A stretch of DNA of 64,000 nucleotides, taken from Nitrospirota bacterium (GTDB taxonomy: Bacteria > Nitrospirota > UBA9217). The notes beneath the pieces are model-generated. The model made no database searches. It saw nothing but the letters and a program-made list of their open reading frames with translations, and was not told the origin of the DNA. The DNA is taken from contig CAVWHO010000016.1 in NCBI GenBank assembly GCA_963754875.1, positions 32,001 through 96,000 of the forward strand, written 5' to 3'. Shown here piece by piece: positions 39,224 to 49,381 of this stretch (positions within the stretch are counted from its first letter, which is position 1; each line of letters opens with the position of its first letter). Made by a program: the position numbers and the translations under genes.

Positions 39224-40612
39224 CTATTCTATGGTCCTTGTTACTTTTTTCATAAAGTCAGCAGGAATCTGAAACTGGCCGGCGTTTGCCGACCTCATGT
39301 TGAGAATCAAGTCTAATTTTTTCTGAACTCCTATGGGAAGAGAGGATGGCTTTGCGCCGTTCAAAATCATTGCTGCCTTCCTTCCCGCCAGACGACCTAC
39401 GCGATAGGAATTTGCGCATACCCCGAGGAGCGCCCCCTTCTCTGCCAGGTCATCGAGGTGGGTTATGGTGATCACTTTTGCTTTATTCGCTATCGTTGCA
39501 ATTATTGGAGCTGTCTCTCCGACAATACTGCTGCCCGTAAGATAGATTGCATCTGCGGTATGTACGACCTCCGGCAAAATCTGGCCCACTTCCTCTTTGT
39601 TGGTCAAAGGTACCGCGACGATCTTTATTTCAGCACCGGTTTGAAGCCCCTGCAGTTCTTTCAGTTGTGACTCTGAGTTTTTCTCGCCGGGAGTAAAAAG
39701 CACCGCCAGTCTCTTGAACGGCCCAAGTTCCTGCAGCCTTTGCATGAGGACCGACAAGGGGAACCGATTACTGGCACCGGTACTGTTGTTGCCTGAACTC
39801 TTCCAATTCCTGGTTATTCCTGCCTCTACAGGGTCATAAACCATGCTGAAGACTACCGGCACGTCTTTAATCTCTCTCGTGACCGCAGTGGTGGCAAGGG
39901 TGCCTAAGGTAACGATCAAATCCAATTTTGCTGCGGCCAATTTCGACACCTGTTCCGCCGCCCTTACATGACTGCCCTGCGCGTTTTCTATGATGAATGT
40001 TACTGCCGGTTTTTTATAACCGTCTCGCTCAAGCTGGTCCATAATGCCTTTCAGGGACTCGTCGTAACGGGTCTGTTCAAAAGACACAAGGATGCCTATT
40101 CTTTTCTCCGCCCATGGCTGGGCTTCTTTCCCGTATACGCCACAGCCTATCCAGATATTGTCGTCGATTTTTTTCACATAGGTCATTTTTGCTTCGATCT
40201 TCTTTGTTACCGGGTTTGTCCATTTATAGACAGGGGACCAGCCGCTCCCTTTTTTAGATGCAATATCGATATGCCCCCTTATGTTATATCTGCCGTCCGC
40301 ATCCTGCCAGTCAAAGAGATTTTTCCCTACCAGCTTGGGGTTGTCCCCTTGCGCCAGACAAACGCCATGAAAATCGTAGGCGAATATATAAAGGTCCCTG
40401 TCTTTAAACGCGCCTTTCTTTTCAATTCCGGCGCGCGTGATCTCCGCCAGGGTCCTCTCTTTACCGTACTTTTTGAACCAATACGCAGCCTTTTCGACCA
40501 AGGCTTGTGCCTCTTCTTTTGTGCCCTGCTCGCTTTTTTGTTTGGCAAAGACAAAATTCACAGACCCTATCAAGAAAAGACTCGCCACAAGGGCTGCCAG
40601 TATCTTTTTCAT
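39224..40612 (-). CDS. Secreted single-Cache domain fused to an ABC-type substrate-binding domain
   Basis: Signal peptide; GTKEEAQALVEKA...DRDLYIF...LVGKN..D..DADG...KGSGW..YKWTNP...IGCGVY (Cache), then DLIVTLGT.A...PVVF..V.DPV.AG...N.TG (ABC_sub_bind). Confidence 0.8.
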   Translation of the reverse strand: MKKILAALVASLFLIGSVNFVFAKQKSEQGTKEEAQALVEKAAYWFKKYGKERTLAEITRAGIEKKGAFKDRDLYIFAYDFHGVCLAQGDNPKLVGKNLFDWQDADGRYNIRGHIDIASKKGSGWSPVYKWTNPVTKKIEAKMTYVKKIDDNIWIGCGVYGKEAQPWAEKRIGILVSFEQTRYDESLKGIMDQLERDGYKKPAVTFIIENAQGSHVRAAEQVSKLAAAKLDLIVTLGTLATTAVTREIKDVPVVFSMVYDPVEAGITRNWKSSGNNSTGASNRFPLSVLMQRLQELGPFKRLAVLFTPGEKNSESQLKELQGLQTGAEIKIVAVPLTNKEEVGQILPEVVHTADAIYLTGSSIVGETAPIIATIANKAKVITITHLDDLAEKGALLGVCANSYRVGRLAGRKAAMILNGAKPSSLPIGVQKKLDLILNMRSANAGQFQIPADFMKKVTRTIE

Positions 40613-40732
40613 CTTCTTGCCACCTTTTTATAAGACATTTTCAAGCACCGCGTCCTGTCTGCTGATCCTTGTTCCTTATCCATAAATCACGCTGAATCTG
40701 CACTGTTCTTTTTCTTCTTCAGGGAGCGTCGA

Positions 40733-42979
40733 TCACCCTGTCTTCTCCTGCAGCGGCCCGTAAGAATGATGGTCCCGGGGGATGACGAAGCTGAAGGTGC
40801 TGCCCACCCCCTCCTCGGAATCGCACCAGATCCGGCCCCCGTGCAGGCGGACGAGGGCCCGCACGAAGGCAAGACCCACCCCTTCGCCCGGCACGTCCAG
40901 TTGCCCCAGACGGCGGAAAATGTTGAAGAGTTTCGGCAGATCGTCCCGGCTGATACCGCGGCCGTTGTCCCGGACACGGTAGATCACCCCGGTCGGAGTC
41001 CGTTCACCGCTGATTTCTATTCTTCCGGGCCGACCGCTGTCCAGGTATTTTACCGCATTGTCCAAAAGATTTCCCATTATCTGGTTCAGTGCCGTTCTGT
41101 CCGCCGTCACGTCCGGAAGGGAATTGACGATCACTGCAGCGTTCTTCTCCCGGGTTTGACAAGCAAGGCCGCGTATCGAGGACGCCACCAGGTCTTTCAT
41201 GGAGATCGTCTCCGGTCTCAGTTCACGGTAGCCGATCTGTGACAGTTTTAGTAAAGCGTCGATGATACTCGCCATGCGTTCTACCGACGACCCGACAAAA
41301 CCTGCTGCCGCCTGGATGTCATCCTCAAAAAGGGCGGCAAGACGTTTCCGGGCATAACCGGGAAGGTATTCAGCATTTCGATCGACGATAGCCTGGATAT
41401 CCTGGAGTGAGCGGACAATCTCGTCGGTAAAGCCCTTGATGTTCACCAGCGGCTGGCGGAGGTCATGGGCCGCGCTGTAGATGAAGGACTTAAGCTCAGC
41501 GTTGCTGTCCTGCAGTTCCTCTGAATAGTTCTTAAGCTGCTCCTCAGCCTGCTTGCGCTCTGAGACACTTCGAAAACTCCACACCCTGCCTACGCTCTTG
41601 CCTTCCAAACGGTGTGGGATGGAGTAGCGTTCGAAAATCCGTCCGTCCTTGAATTGGACCTCATCGAAGTCTTCGGCATACGGATGATCATACAGCTCTC
41701 TGACCTTATTAACAAAAGACTCCGGATTCTTTAGCTGGCTGAGGACGTGCTGAAGAAGCCGATCATCATCCTTTTGCTCCATGAGATCTGGAGGAATACC
41801 CCAAAGCTCCGTGAACTTGTTGTTAAAGTCGACAACTTTTCCCTGGCTGTTGACGACAAGTATTCCGTCCGCAGTGGATTCCAGCGTGGCCCGCTTTAGG
41901 GAGAGAGATTCCCTAAGTCGCTCCTCAGCCTGCTTGCGTTCGGTGATATCATGGGCTATATAGACAGTTCCCACAAACGAGCGGTCCCGGTCATCCATTG
42001 CCGGTGATGCGGATACGCTGACGTCAAACCGCCTTCCGTTCCTACCGTACCAAGTCATCTCGTGGGAAACTGCGCGCTCTCCGGCATCGACGGTGGCTTT
42101 GAATTCGGCAAGAACGGGAAGAATCAAAACAAGATCGCTGTCGATAAGCTCCGTTTTTTGATAACCGAGCATCTCCTGGGCAGTACGGTTGATAACCCGG
42201 ATCCTGCCTTCAAGGTCTACGACGATCACGGCACCTTGCATGGTTTCAAGGACCTGTTTGGTTACCAACTCCGGCGTAATGTCTACCAGCCGGTAGCGGA
42301 GGATGATGTATGCCATGCTCACGACGAAGATAGAAACAGGGATATAACCGAAAGCATAGAGGGGAATACCCAGCGCCGGGAGAATGTCGATCGCACCCAG
42401 GTATCCGCTGCCGAAGGTCAGGATCATGGCTCTGAGTCTTTTCTTATGCAATTCCGTCGTACTTCGCCGGTATTCCTTCCAGAAGAGTCGAAGGCTGAAC
42501 ACCATCATGCAGACGAGATACGCCATGGCGAAAACGGCAAAGGGGCCGTACCGGGGATAGTATCCCCAGGAATAATGGTACAATCCCGATATATACTCAT
42601 CGCCCGTATAGACGCCGCAGGCGAACAGGAAAGAGAGCAGCAGGCCGGCCCGAAGCACGATGCGAAACTGTTGTCTCCTCTGGATGATCGCAAGCGTCAA
42701 GGCGATGATGCCGGCGGGGATGAAGACGACGCCCGCTTGCGCGGCCCTGATCCACCACAAGGCCTGGGTTTGATCGATACTCGCGTAGTCCGCACCATAG
42801 GCAAGAAGCCAGGTGCTGATGCACAGCGCAAGAAACAAAAACGTGAGGCCTAGATACGATCCGTGCTCCCGGATCATGACAAAAAGTCCAAGAGCCGCAA
42901 TCGAGCCCCCCACCAGCAAAAGGGGGACGGCATAGATCGTGAGCGTGTAGTTGTCCGGATTCAGGACCTGCAGTATCAT
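40733..42979 (-). CDS. Sensor histidine kinase (HisKA_7TM-like N-terminus, 2 PAS, HisKA, HATPase)
   Basis: About seven TM helices ending YIILRYRLVDI; AAHDLRQPL; NLLDNAVKY; GEGVGLA. Confidence 0.9.
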   Translation of the reverse strand: MILQVLNPDNYTLTIYAVPLLLVGGSIAALGLFVMIREHGSYLGLTFLFLALCISTWLLAYGADYASIDQTQALWWIRAAQAGVVFIPAGIIALTLAIIQRRQQFRIVLRAGLLLSFLFACGVYTGDEYISGLYHYSWGYYPRYGPFAVFAMAYLVCMMVFSLRLFWKEYRRSTTELHKKRLRAMILTFGSGYLGAIDILPALGIPLYAFGYIPVSIFVVSMAYIILRYRLVDITPELVTKQVLETMQGAVIVVDLEGRIRVINRTAQEMLGYQKTELIDSDLVLILPVLAEFKATVDAGERAVSHEMTWYGRNGRRFDVSVSASPAMDDRDRSFVGTVYIAHDITERKQAEERLRESLSLKRATLESTADGILVVNSQGKVVDFNNKFTELWGIPPDLMEQKDDDRLLQHVLSQLKNPESFVNKVRELYDHPYAEDFDEVQFKDGRIFERYSIPHRLEGKSVGRVWSFRSVSERKQAEEQLKNYSEELQDSNAELKSFIYSAAHDLRQPLVNIKGFTDEIVRSLQDIQAIVDRNAEYLPGYARKRLAALFEDDIQAAAGFVGSSVERMASIIDALLKLSQIGYRELRPETISMKDLVASSIRGLACQTREKNAAVIVNSLPDVTADRTALNQIMGNLLDNAVKYLDSGRPGRIEISGERTPTGVIYRVRDNGRGISRDDLPKLFNIFRRLGQLDVPGEGVGLAFVRALVRLHGGRIWCDSEEGVGSTFSFVIPRDHHSYGPLQEKTG
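41550..41950. repeat. About 400-bp PAS-coding segment duplicated at 37316-37716
   Basis: Near-identical DNA encoding ITERKQAEERL.ESLSLKRATLESTADGILVV...GRVWSFR in both kinases. Confidence 0.9.
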
Positions 42980-43024
42980 GCCTTCCCCATCGCCTTCTTG
43001 CCCGGAAGAATTCTCATCAAGATA

Positions 43025-43468
43025 TCAGCACTTCTCCGGAACCTTGACGACCGCAAGAAACAGGCCGAGCCTCCGGATTGCCTCGCTAAACTTGTCGTAC
43101 TCCACCGGTTTCGTAACATATGCATTACACCCCAGTTCGTAGCATCGCGAGACCTCGTGCGGCGTATCGGTGGTTGTGAGCATCACGACCGGGATCTGTT
43201 TGGTACGATCGTCGTTCTTAATAATCGTGAGCACCTGAAAACCGTCCAGGACCGGGAGGTTCAAATCGAGCAGGATGAGGTGCGGTGCTGTGTGCTCGTC
43301 CCCGCTGTAGCTGCCCTGCTTGAAAAGAAAATCAACGGCCTTCCGCCCGTCGTCAAGCGTAATGATGTCATTAACGATCCCTGCTCTTCGAAGGTTCCTT
43401 TCGATGAGGAGAGCATGGCCTTTATCGTCCTCGACCAGAAGGAATGTTACGGGTTGATGTTTTTCCAT
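43025..43468 (-). CDS. Single-domain response regulator (Rcp-like)
   Basis: LVEDD, LLDLNLP.LDG, LTTTD, YVTKP; paralog of 36043-36498. Confidence 0.92.
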   Translation of the reverse strand: MEKHQPVTFLLVEDDKGHALLIERNLRRAGIVNDIITLDDGRKAVDFLFKQGSYSGDEHTAPHLILLDLNLPVLDGFQVLTIIKNDDRTKQIPVVMLTTTDTPHEVSRCYELGCNAYVTKPVEYDKFSEAIRRLGLFLAVVKVPEKC

Positions 43469-43495
43469 GTTTAGTTTTTTTCCTCTCCGTCCGAG

Positions 43496-43570
43496 TTACG
43501 CTTTGCGCGAGACGCGGTCCGGCACCGTCGATGTGAACGTCGTTCCATCCCCGGCAGTGGATGGATACTG
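43496..43570 (-). pseudogene. Possible relic of a histidine kinase C-terminus
   Basis: QYPSTAGDGTTFTSTVPDRVSRKA* resembles WCESVPGVGTTFSFTI of the neighbouring kinase and sits just upstream of an RR. Confidence 0.4.
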
Positions 43571-43906
43571 GAGGAGACTTTCGCGCAAGGGGACGCATCA
43601 GGACCAACCGCAGCCTTCTCGGGCAGTGAGGCGGCTACTTCGGCACCGGGTCGAAAAGCCGGTGCGCCCCAGGACGAAAGCATGCAAACCAGGGAGCCCC
43701 TCCGGCAGGAGCCGGGGGATTGCACGTCGTGGGATTCAAAACCGCTGTTGTTTCAATGTCTCGGCCAGACAGTCCTTGATGGGTGAATAAGCACGCTGAC
43801 GGAAATCATGGAGACCACGCTGTACGGACGACAAGCGACGTCAACTGCATTTACGCGCACGGCCCATCATTACCGTTACGCTCAAAAACCCGGCAATGTA
43901 CATTTT

Positions 43907-43933
43907 TTATCGGCATTTCATGCAAAATCTTTA
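43907..43933 (-). promoter_or_regulatory. Sigma28 (FliA)-type promoter
   Basis: TAAA-gattttgcatgaaat (15 nt)-GCCGATAA, an exact match to the consensus. Confidence 0.75.
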
Positions 43934-43967
43934 TGGATTTTTTTGTAGTTCAGCGCAGGTAACGGTC

Positions 43968-45251
43968 TCACGGCGACCAGGCCGGCGACGTATAGTTTGC
44001 ATCATTTGGCGTTATTCGCTCGACGTCGGTGCCGTCCGCATTCATGATATAGAGGTTGAATTTTCCTTCGCGGTTCGAGCTGAAAATAATCTGCCTGCCC
44101 GAGGGCGACCAGGAGGGGTTTTCATCGCTGCCCGGGCCGTTCGTAAGGATGCGGAAATCCGAACCGTCGGGGTTCACCGTCGCGATCTTGAACAGGCCAT
44201 GGACCTGTGAGGCGAACACGATCCGGTCTCCCCGCGATGACCAGTTTGGAGATGCATTGTAGCTTCCTTCAAACGTGACCCTGCGGACATCGGTCCCATC
44301 GGTGCCCATGATATACACCTGAGGCGTGCCTGCCTTGCCGGACGTAAAGGCGATCTCCCTGCCGTTTGGCGCCCACGTAGGAGACACATTGTCCGACGCC
44401 CCGTAAGTGAGACGCTCCAGGTCGTTTCCGTTCCGGCTCATGGTGTAGATTTCCGTGCCGCTGTCCTTGGTCAAGGCCAGCGCAAGACGCTTCCCATCCG
44501 GCGACCACGCCGGGGATATGTTCAAGCCTTCGGTACCGGACATTTTCCACCGTTTGCCGGTTTCCATGTCAAGTCCATAGAGATCGGGGTTCTTGTCGCG
44601 GTAGGATACGTAGGCGAGCACCTTGCCGTCCGGACTCCAGGCCGGTGACAGACAGATGGAGCGGTCCGCCGTGATTCGCAACGGGCTCTGGCCGTCGTAG
44701 TCCATGACGTATAGTTCTTTGAATCGAGTCTTGTCCGACACATAGGCGATATGGGTCCGTGCAATGCCACGCTCGCCCGTGTACCGGGACACAATCTCGT
44801 CGGCGAAGCTATGGACCATGCGCCGAAAGGTTTCTTCATTGCCAAAATACTCCTTGTTCGTGATGCGCATTCCCGATGCGGCATCAAAGAGCTTTCCCTG
44901 CAGCACGAGGTCCTTGTTTTTTCTCTTGAGATTGACCCAGACCACGCCGCTCAAGCCGAAGGTGCCGCCGCGCTTGATCACGTCCACTGGCGGCTCGGTC
45001 TTGCCCGCGTAAACTACGTCCAACTTTTTCGGGTCCATGACGTCGAATATCTGGGAGCGCCTCAGATCGGCCTGCAGGACGTCGAGGGCCAGGGCGCGGA
45101 GCGCGGGCGAGCCTGCTTCATCGTTCACATCGAGCACTGCGATCGGGATCTTCTTGCTCTCTCCCTGAACGACTCCGAGGTAATACTGAGCAGACACGGG
45201 TGCGCCCGTGAGAACGCAGAGCAGTATGAGCACTATGAGACGTTTTATCAT
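43968..45251 (-). CDS. tolB: Tol-Pal beta-propeller protein TolB
   Basis: Signal peptide; KIPIAV...ADLRRS..F; T.IAYVS; repeated SP.WSPDG (PD40) units. Confidence 0.93.
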   Translation of the reverse strand: MIKRLIVLILLCVLTGAPVSAQYYLGVVQGESKKIPIAVLDVNDEAGSPALRALALDVLQADLRRSQIFDVMDPKKLDVVYAGKTEPPVDVIKRGGTFGLSGVVWVNLKRKNKDLVLQGKLFDAASGMRITNKEYFGNEETFRRMVHSFADEIVSRYTGERGIARTHIAYVSDKTRFKELYVMDYDGQSPLRITADRSICLSPAWSPDGKVLAYVSYRDKNPDLYGLDMETGKRWKMSGTEGLNISPAWSPDGKRLALALTKDSGTEIYTMSRNGNDLERLTYGASDNVSPTWAPNGREIAFTSGKAGTPQVYIMGTDGTDVRRVTFEGSYNASPNWSSRGDRIVFASQVHGLFKIATVNPDGSDFRILTNGPGSDENPSWSPSGRQIIFSSNREGKFNLYIMNADGTDVERITPNDANYTSPAWSP

Positions 45252-45338
45252 GAGTAATGAGTAGAGGTCATGGACCAATGGCGTACGCATCAAAAAAACA
45301 TGCCCGATATACGCTTGACCGTGTACCTTGATTGATCG

Positions 45339-46082
45339 TTATTCCGCCATCAGATCGACGCTGAACTCCAGTGACTGCTTTCCAAACTCTTCCGGCAACG
45401 GTGGAAAGGGGTTCGACGACTGTATTGCCCGTATCGCCGCCTGCATAAACATTGTAGCTCCGCTTGAGTGATCCCCGTCGATGTTCACATTCAATACCCA
45501 ACCTGATCGGTTAATTGCAAATATGACCCTGGCCTTGGCATCCTTAGCGTCCGGCGGAGGTCTCCAATTCTGTCCTATCTTATCGCGGACTTGAGTGAGA
45601 TACCAGGAATATTTAAATTCCTCCTGCGGTGTTGTTACTGCGACGTTTTCAGTCTTGGCCGTTGACTTCTGCAGCTGCCCCTCGGCCGCTTCTGAAGGTT
45701 TTATTTCTTCAGGTTTCTGTTTCTGTTTCTGTTTCTGTTTCTGTTTCTGTTGGGAGAACTCCGGCATAGCGGCTTTTTTTGCGGTTGTTCTGGCCGCCTT
45801 GGGCGCTGCCTTTTTTGCCTTTTTGGGTTCCGCCTTCCTTTCTTCCTTCGGCGGAGGAGGAAGCGGAGCAGTCTGCTGGACCGGCGTCGGCGGCGTGGTC
45901 TCCGCCGGCAATCCCACAAGCTTTACGTTATAGAGCGGAGGGACATACACTTTTGGGGACACTGCCATATAGAGGAAGAGCGCGGCGGCAATGATGGCGG
46001 CATGGATGAAAAAAGAAAAGAAGACCGCAAGCGCCAGTTCGTAGCCTGACTGCCCGATCCTCTTCCCGGAAAGCAGTTTCAT
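45339..46082 (-). CDS. tolA: TolA/TonB-like energy transducer
   Basis: N-terminal TM with SFFIH; Pro/Lys-rich linker; C-terminal YL..V..KI..NW.PP...PFPPLP. Confidence 0.8.
   Translation of the reverse strand: MKLLSGKRIGQSGYELALAVFFSFFIHAAIIAAALFLYMAVSPKVYVPPLYNVKLVGLPAETTPPTPVQQTAPLPPPPKEERKAEPKKAKKAAPKAARTTAKKAAMPEFSQQKQKQKQKQKQKPEEIKPSEAAEGQLQKSTAKTENVAVTTPQEEFKYSWYLTQVRDKIGQNWRPPPDAKDAKARVIFAINRSGWVLNVNIDGDHSSGATMFMQAAIRAIQSSNPFPPLPEEFGKQSLEFSVDLMAE
45715..45750. repeat. (TTCTGT)6 microsatellite encoding a (QK)n tract in TolA
   Basis: Six perfect hexamer copies. Confidence 0.95.
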
Positions 46083-46498
46083 TTACCGGTCTCGCCCCCG
46101 GACGAGGCTTCGGTCACCATCCCGAGTCGGTCGATGCCCGCCCGTTTCACTACGTCCATCACCTGCACTACGGCGCCGTAGGGCGCGTCTTTGTCCGCCC
46201 GGAGATACACATTGATGAGCGGCTTGGTTTTACGAATAGCGTCAAGCACGTCTTTCAGTTTTGCAACGCTCACCCGTTCTTTTTCAACGAAGACCTCCTG
46301 GTCACGGGTGACCGTCAGCACGATGCGGTCCTCGGGCTTGACGGTGTTGGCCTCGGACTTGGGAAGGTTCACATCCAGCCCCCTGCTCATCATGGGGGAG
46401 ACGATCATATAGAAGAAAAGGATCGTCAGCAGCACGTCGATGAGCGGCACGAGGTTCAACTCGCGGATAATATGCCGTTCCCGCCGTTCGAAGCTCAT
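46079..46498 (-). CDS. tolR: TolR/ExbD
   Basis: LNLVPLIDVLL...SPM...VNLP; LRADK..PYG.V. Confidence 0.9.
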   Translation of the reverse strand: MSFERRERHIIRELNLVPLIDVLLTILFFYMIVSPMMSRGLDVNLPKSEANTVKPEDRIVLTVTRDQEVFVEKERVSVAKLKDVLDAIRKTKPLINVYLRADKDAPYGAVVQVMDVVKRAGIDRLGMVTEASSGGETGK

Positions 46499-47211
46499 GA
46501 CTTCCTCCGGAGGAGGTTCCGCTCGAGATAGCTCAGAAACTCCATGGAAAATGAATCACACCGGATCGCAATATCGCGGATTTTATCGGCGAAATAATTG
46601 TAGGCGATGATCGCGGGAATCGCCACGAACAGTCCCGAGACAGTGTTGATCAGCGCCGCCGCAAGACCCGGGGCCAGTGCCCCGATATCGCCTGCACCCT
46701 TGAGACCGATACCGTAAAAAGCGTCCATGATTCCCCAGACAGTTCCGAACAGTCCCAGGAGCGGCCCCACGGTCCCTGTAGTGCCCAGAAACGCAAGATA
46801 GCGCTCCATGTACACGATCTCGTCCTGCGTCGTGATCTTGAGCGAGCGCTCGATTTCCTGGGAGATGAGCGGCCGTTCGTCATCGGTCACCAAGCCATCG
46901 GGGAGGGTCTTGATGATGGACTCGGCTTCGCGGTACCCCTCGACAAAGAGCGTCGCCAGGGGGCTGAACTTCTTCGTTTCCGCGTACTTCAAAAGATCAT
47001 GAATATTTTTGGTCTTCCGGTAAGTCTGAAGGAAGGAATGGGATTCCTTCTCTGCTCTTCGCAGGAATTGATACTTGAGCAGGATCATGGCCCAGGACAC
47101 AACGGAAAAGCCCATCAGGATGAACACGATCCCCTTGCCGACCCATCCGGTCTCGCCGAAGAGACCGAGCACTCCCGTGCCCAAACCGGGCATTGCTGCT
47201 ATTGCGAGCAT
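46495..47211 (-). CDS. tolQ: TolQ/ExbB proton channel
   Basis: FSVVSW; GPLLGLFGTVWGIM; APGLAAALI.T..GLFVAIPA. Confidence 0.9.
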   Translation of the reverse strand: MLAIAAMPGLGTGVLGLFGETGWVGKGIVFILMGFSVVSWAMILLKYQFLRRAEKESHSFLQTYRKTKNIHDLLKYAETKKFSPLATLFVEGYREAESIIKTLPDGLVTDDERPLISQEIERSLKITTQDEIVYMERYLAFLGTTGTVGPLLGLFGTVWGIMDAFYGIGLKGAGDIGALAPGLAAALINTVSGLFVAIPAIIAYNYFADKIRDIAIRCDSFSMEFLSYLERNLLRRKS

Positions 47212-47232
47212 GTATAATACCTCCGTCAGTCA

Positions 47233-47312
47233 ATTGTAAATTGAAGATTAGAAATTTTAAATTTCGAGGCCTTACAACTACGATCTAAAATTTCTAATCT
47301 TCAATTTCCAAT
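47233..47312. repeat. AT-rich heptamer (ATTGAAG/ATTAGAA) tandem inverted repeat
   Basis: attgtaaattgaagattagaaattttaaat vs the reverse complement of atctaaaatttctaatcttcaatttccaat (28/30). Confidence 0.85.
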
Positions 47313-47318
47313 ACCCCG

Positions 47319-49252
47319 TCAATAGACGCCGATCACTTTTCCCATCTCCGAAATATCATAGCCCCCCATGGCCACGATCTGGTCCCGGAATGCTTTGTCC
47401 TCACGAATGATGGCCAAGAGCGCCTGCATCATGGGCATGTCATAGAACTCCTGTCGTGATTGCCAGATCATACCGCTCCTGCGCCACAGGGATGAAATCC
47501 AGCTGGAGCGCCTGGGCTGCAGAGAGTACGGCAAGCCCCGTATCCGCTGCCCCGGAGAGCACGGCGGCAGCCACGGCCATGTGCGTAAATTCCTCGTGAT
47601 CATACCCTTTTACATTCTTTGGGTCAATCTTTAATCGTTTCAAGTACAGGTCCGTCAGAAGCCGCGTGCCTGCGCCGGCCTGGCGGTTCACAAAGACCAC
47701 GTCCTCGCGCACAAGGTCTTCGAATCCTTTGATGCCCTTCGGATTGCCTTGGGGAACAATGAAGCCCTGGGTCCGGTACACGAGGTTAATGAGCACGGTT
47801 TTTTGGTCCAGGAAGCATTTTTTTGATATAGCTTACGTTATATTCCCCCGTCTCCTCGTCAAGAAGATGGGTCCCGGCGAGATGGGCCTCCCGGCGCTTC
47901 AGCGCCAACAGCCCGCCCATGCTGCCCACATGGGCCGAGGAGAACGAAAACTCGGGATGTTTTTTCTTGAGGAAGTTCGCAAGCACGTCGAGCACATTGT
48001 CGTGAGAGCCGATACAGACGATCGTGTTCTCGATATCGTGGGAAGAACGAAGCAGTTCGACCGTTACCTCGTGGTTCGATGCAATACCCTCGCTCGAGGC
48101 CGGTACGCGGATGATGCCGTCAGCGCGTACGAGCGACATGAGTGCCCCGGCCCCCCGGGTCACTGGCGTGGCGATCAGGTTCCCTGCGACGCTGCCGAGC
48201 TTGACGCGGATGAATTCCTCCTGCCCCAGCGATGACGCCACCTGGCGGCTCAGCTTTGCCGTAATCGTTCCCGGGTTAGGAGGCATAGTGCCGAGGAGGG
48301 CGTAGATGAGCGGCTTGACGAAGAGATTGAACGTGAGCGCTGCCGAGACCGGATATCCGGGGATGCCGACGACCGGTTTCCCATTCACGATGCCCAGAAT
48401 GACCGGCTTCCCGGGTTTGATCGCGACACCGTGCACAACGACCTTGCCAAGGTCGGCGATCACATCGGAGGTAAAATCCTCTCTCCCGGCTGACGAGCCG
48501 GCGTTGATCACCACGATATCCGAGTCAGCGAGTGCAGCAAGAATCGTCTTGCGCAGGAGAGCGGCATCGTCCTTGACGATGTTCTTGCGAATCGCATGGG
48601 CGCCACACTCGCTCGCCATCGCGGACAGCATGGTTGAATTGAAATCGATGATATCGCCCTTTTTGGGTAGGCTCCCCGGATCGACCAGCTCCGTTCCCGT
48701 AGGGATGATCGAGACAACGGGCCGCGGTCGCAACATGACTGAGGTATGCCCGCTCGCGATCATGGCGGCCATGTCCACAGGACGGACCACGTGGTTCTCG
48801 GAGATGATGAGCTCCGTTGCAACGATGTCCTCGCCCACGAGCCGCACATGCTGCCACGGAGTGGACGGCTTCAAAATTTCGATCTCGGAGTCGGAAACTT
48901 TTTCCACGTCCTCGATCATGATCACGGCGTTAAACTCATCGGGCAGGGGATCGCCGGTGTCGATGGCAACGGCCTGGGTCGGTACTGTGAGGCGTTTGGG
49001 TCTTGTTTCTGCGGCGCCGAAGGTGTCGATGAACCGGACGGCGTAACCGTCCATAGCAGCGGAATGGTAAAAGGGCGACGAGATTTTCGCGATCACGGCC
49101 TCGGACGTGACCCGGCCGAGCGCATCGCCTACTTGTATGCGTTCTCCTCCAAGCGATCCGCCAAGAACGGCGGTTTTGAGCGCTTCTTGATATTTCCGGA
49201 TTGCATCGGCAAGCGGCTCGTTATCGAGATATTTTTTTTGCTTGAATGCCAT
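47319..49252 (-). CDS. moeA: MoeA fused to a C-terminal PBP/LysR-type substrate-binding domain, split by two +1 frameshifts (about 47810 and 47457)
   Basis: SPFYHSAAMDGYAV, GSSAGRED, IKPGKP, GYPVSA, IGSHD, HVGSMGGL, then FVNRQ.GAGTR, THMAVAAAV, ERYDL, MGGYD. Confidence 0.88.
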
Positions 49253-49381
49253 ATTGAGTGACCTGTCTGTTTCGCGGGGGTTATCCCGCCATCCCACGGT
49301 GCGTGATCAGCACAACCTCCGACTGGCGAGGCGAGGTTTTTTTGTTTCGACCTGTCACGGTGCCTCTGTGGCGAACATCCT

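Noticed and set aside
49255..49380. Moco/Wco riboswitch between the moeA genes
   Set aside because: I could not find the conserved Moco RNA motif elements on the coding strand.
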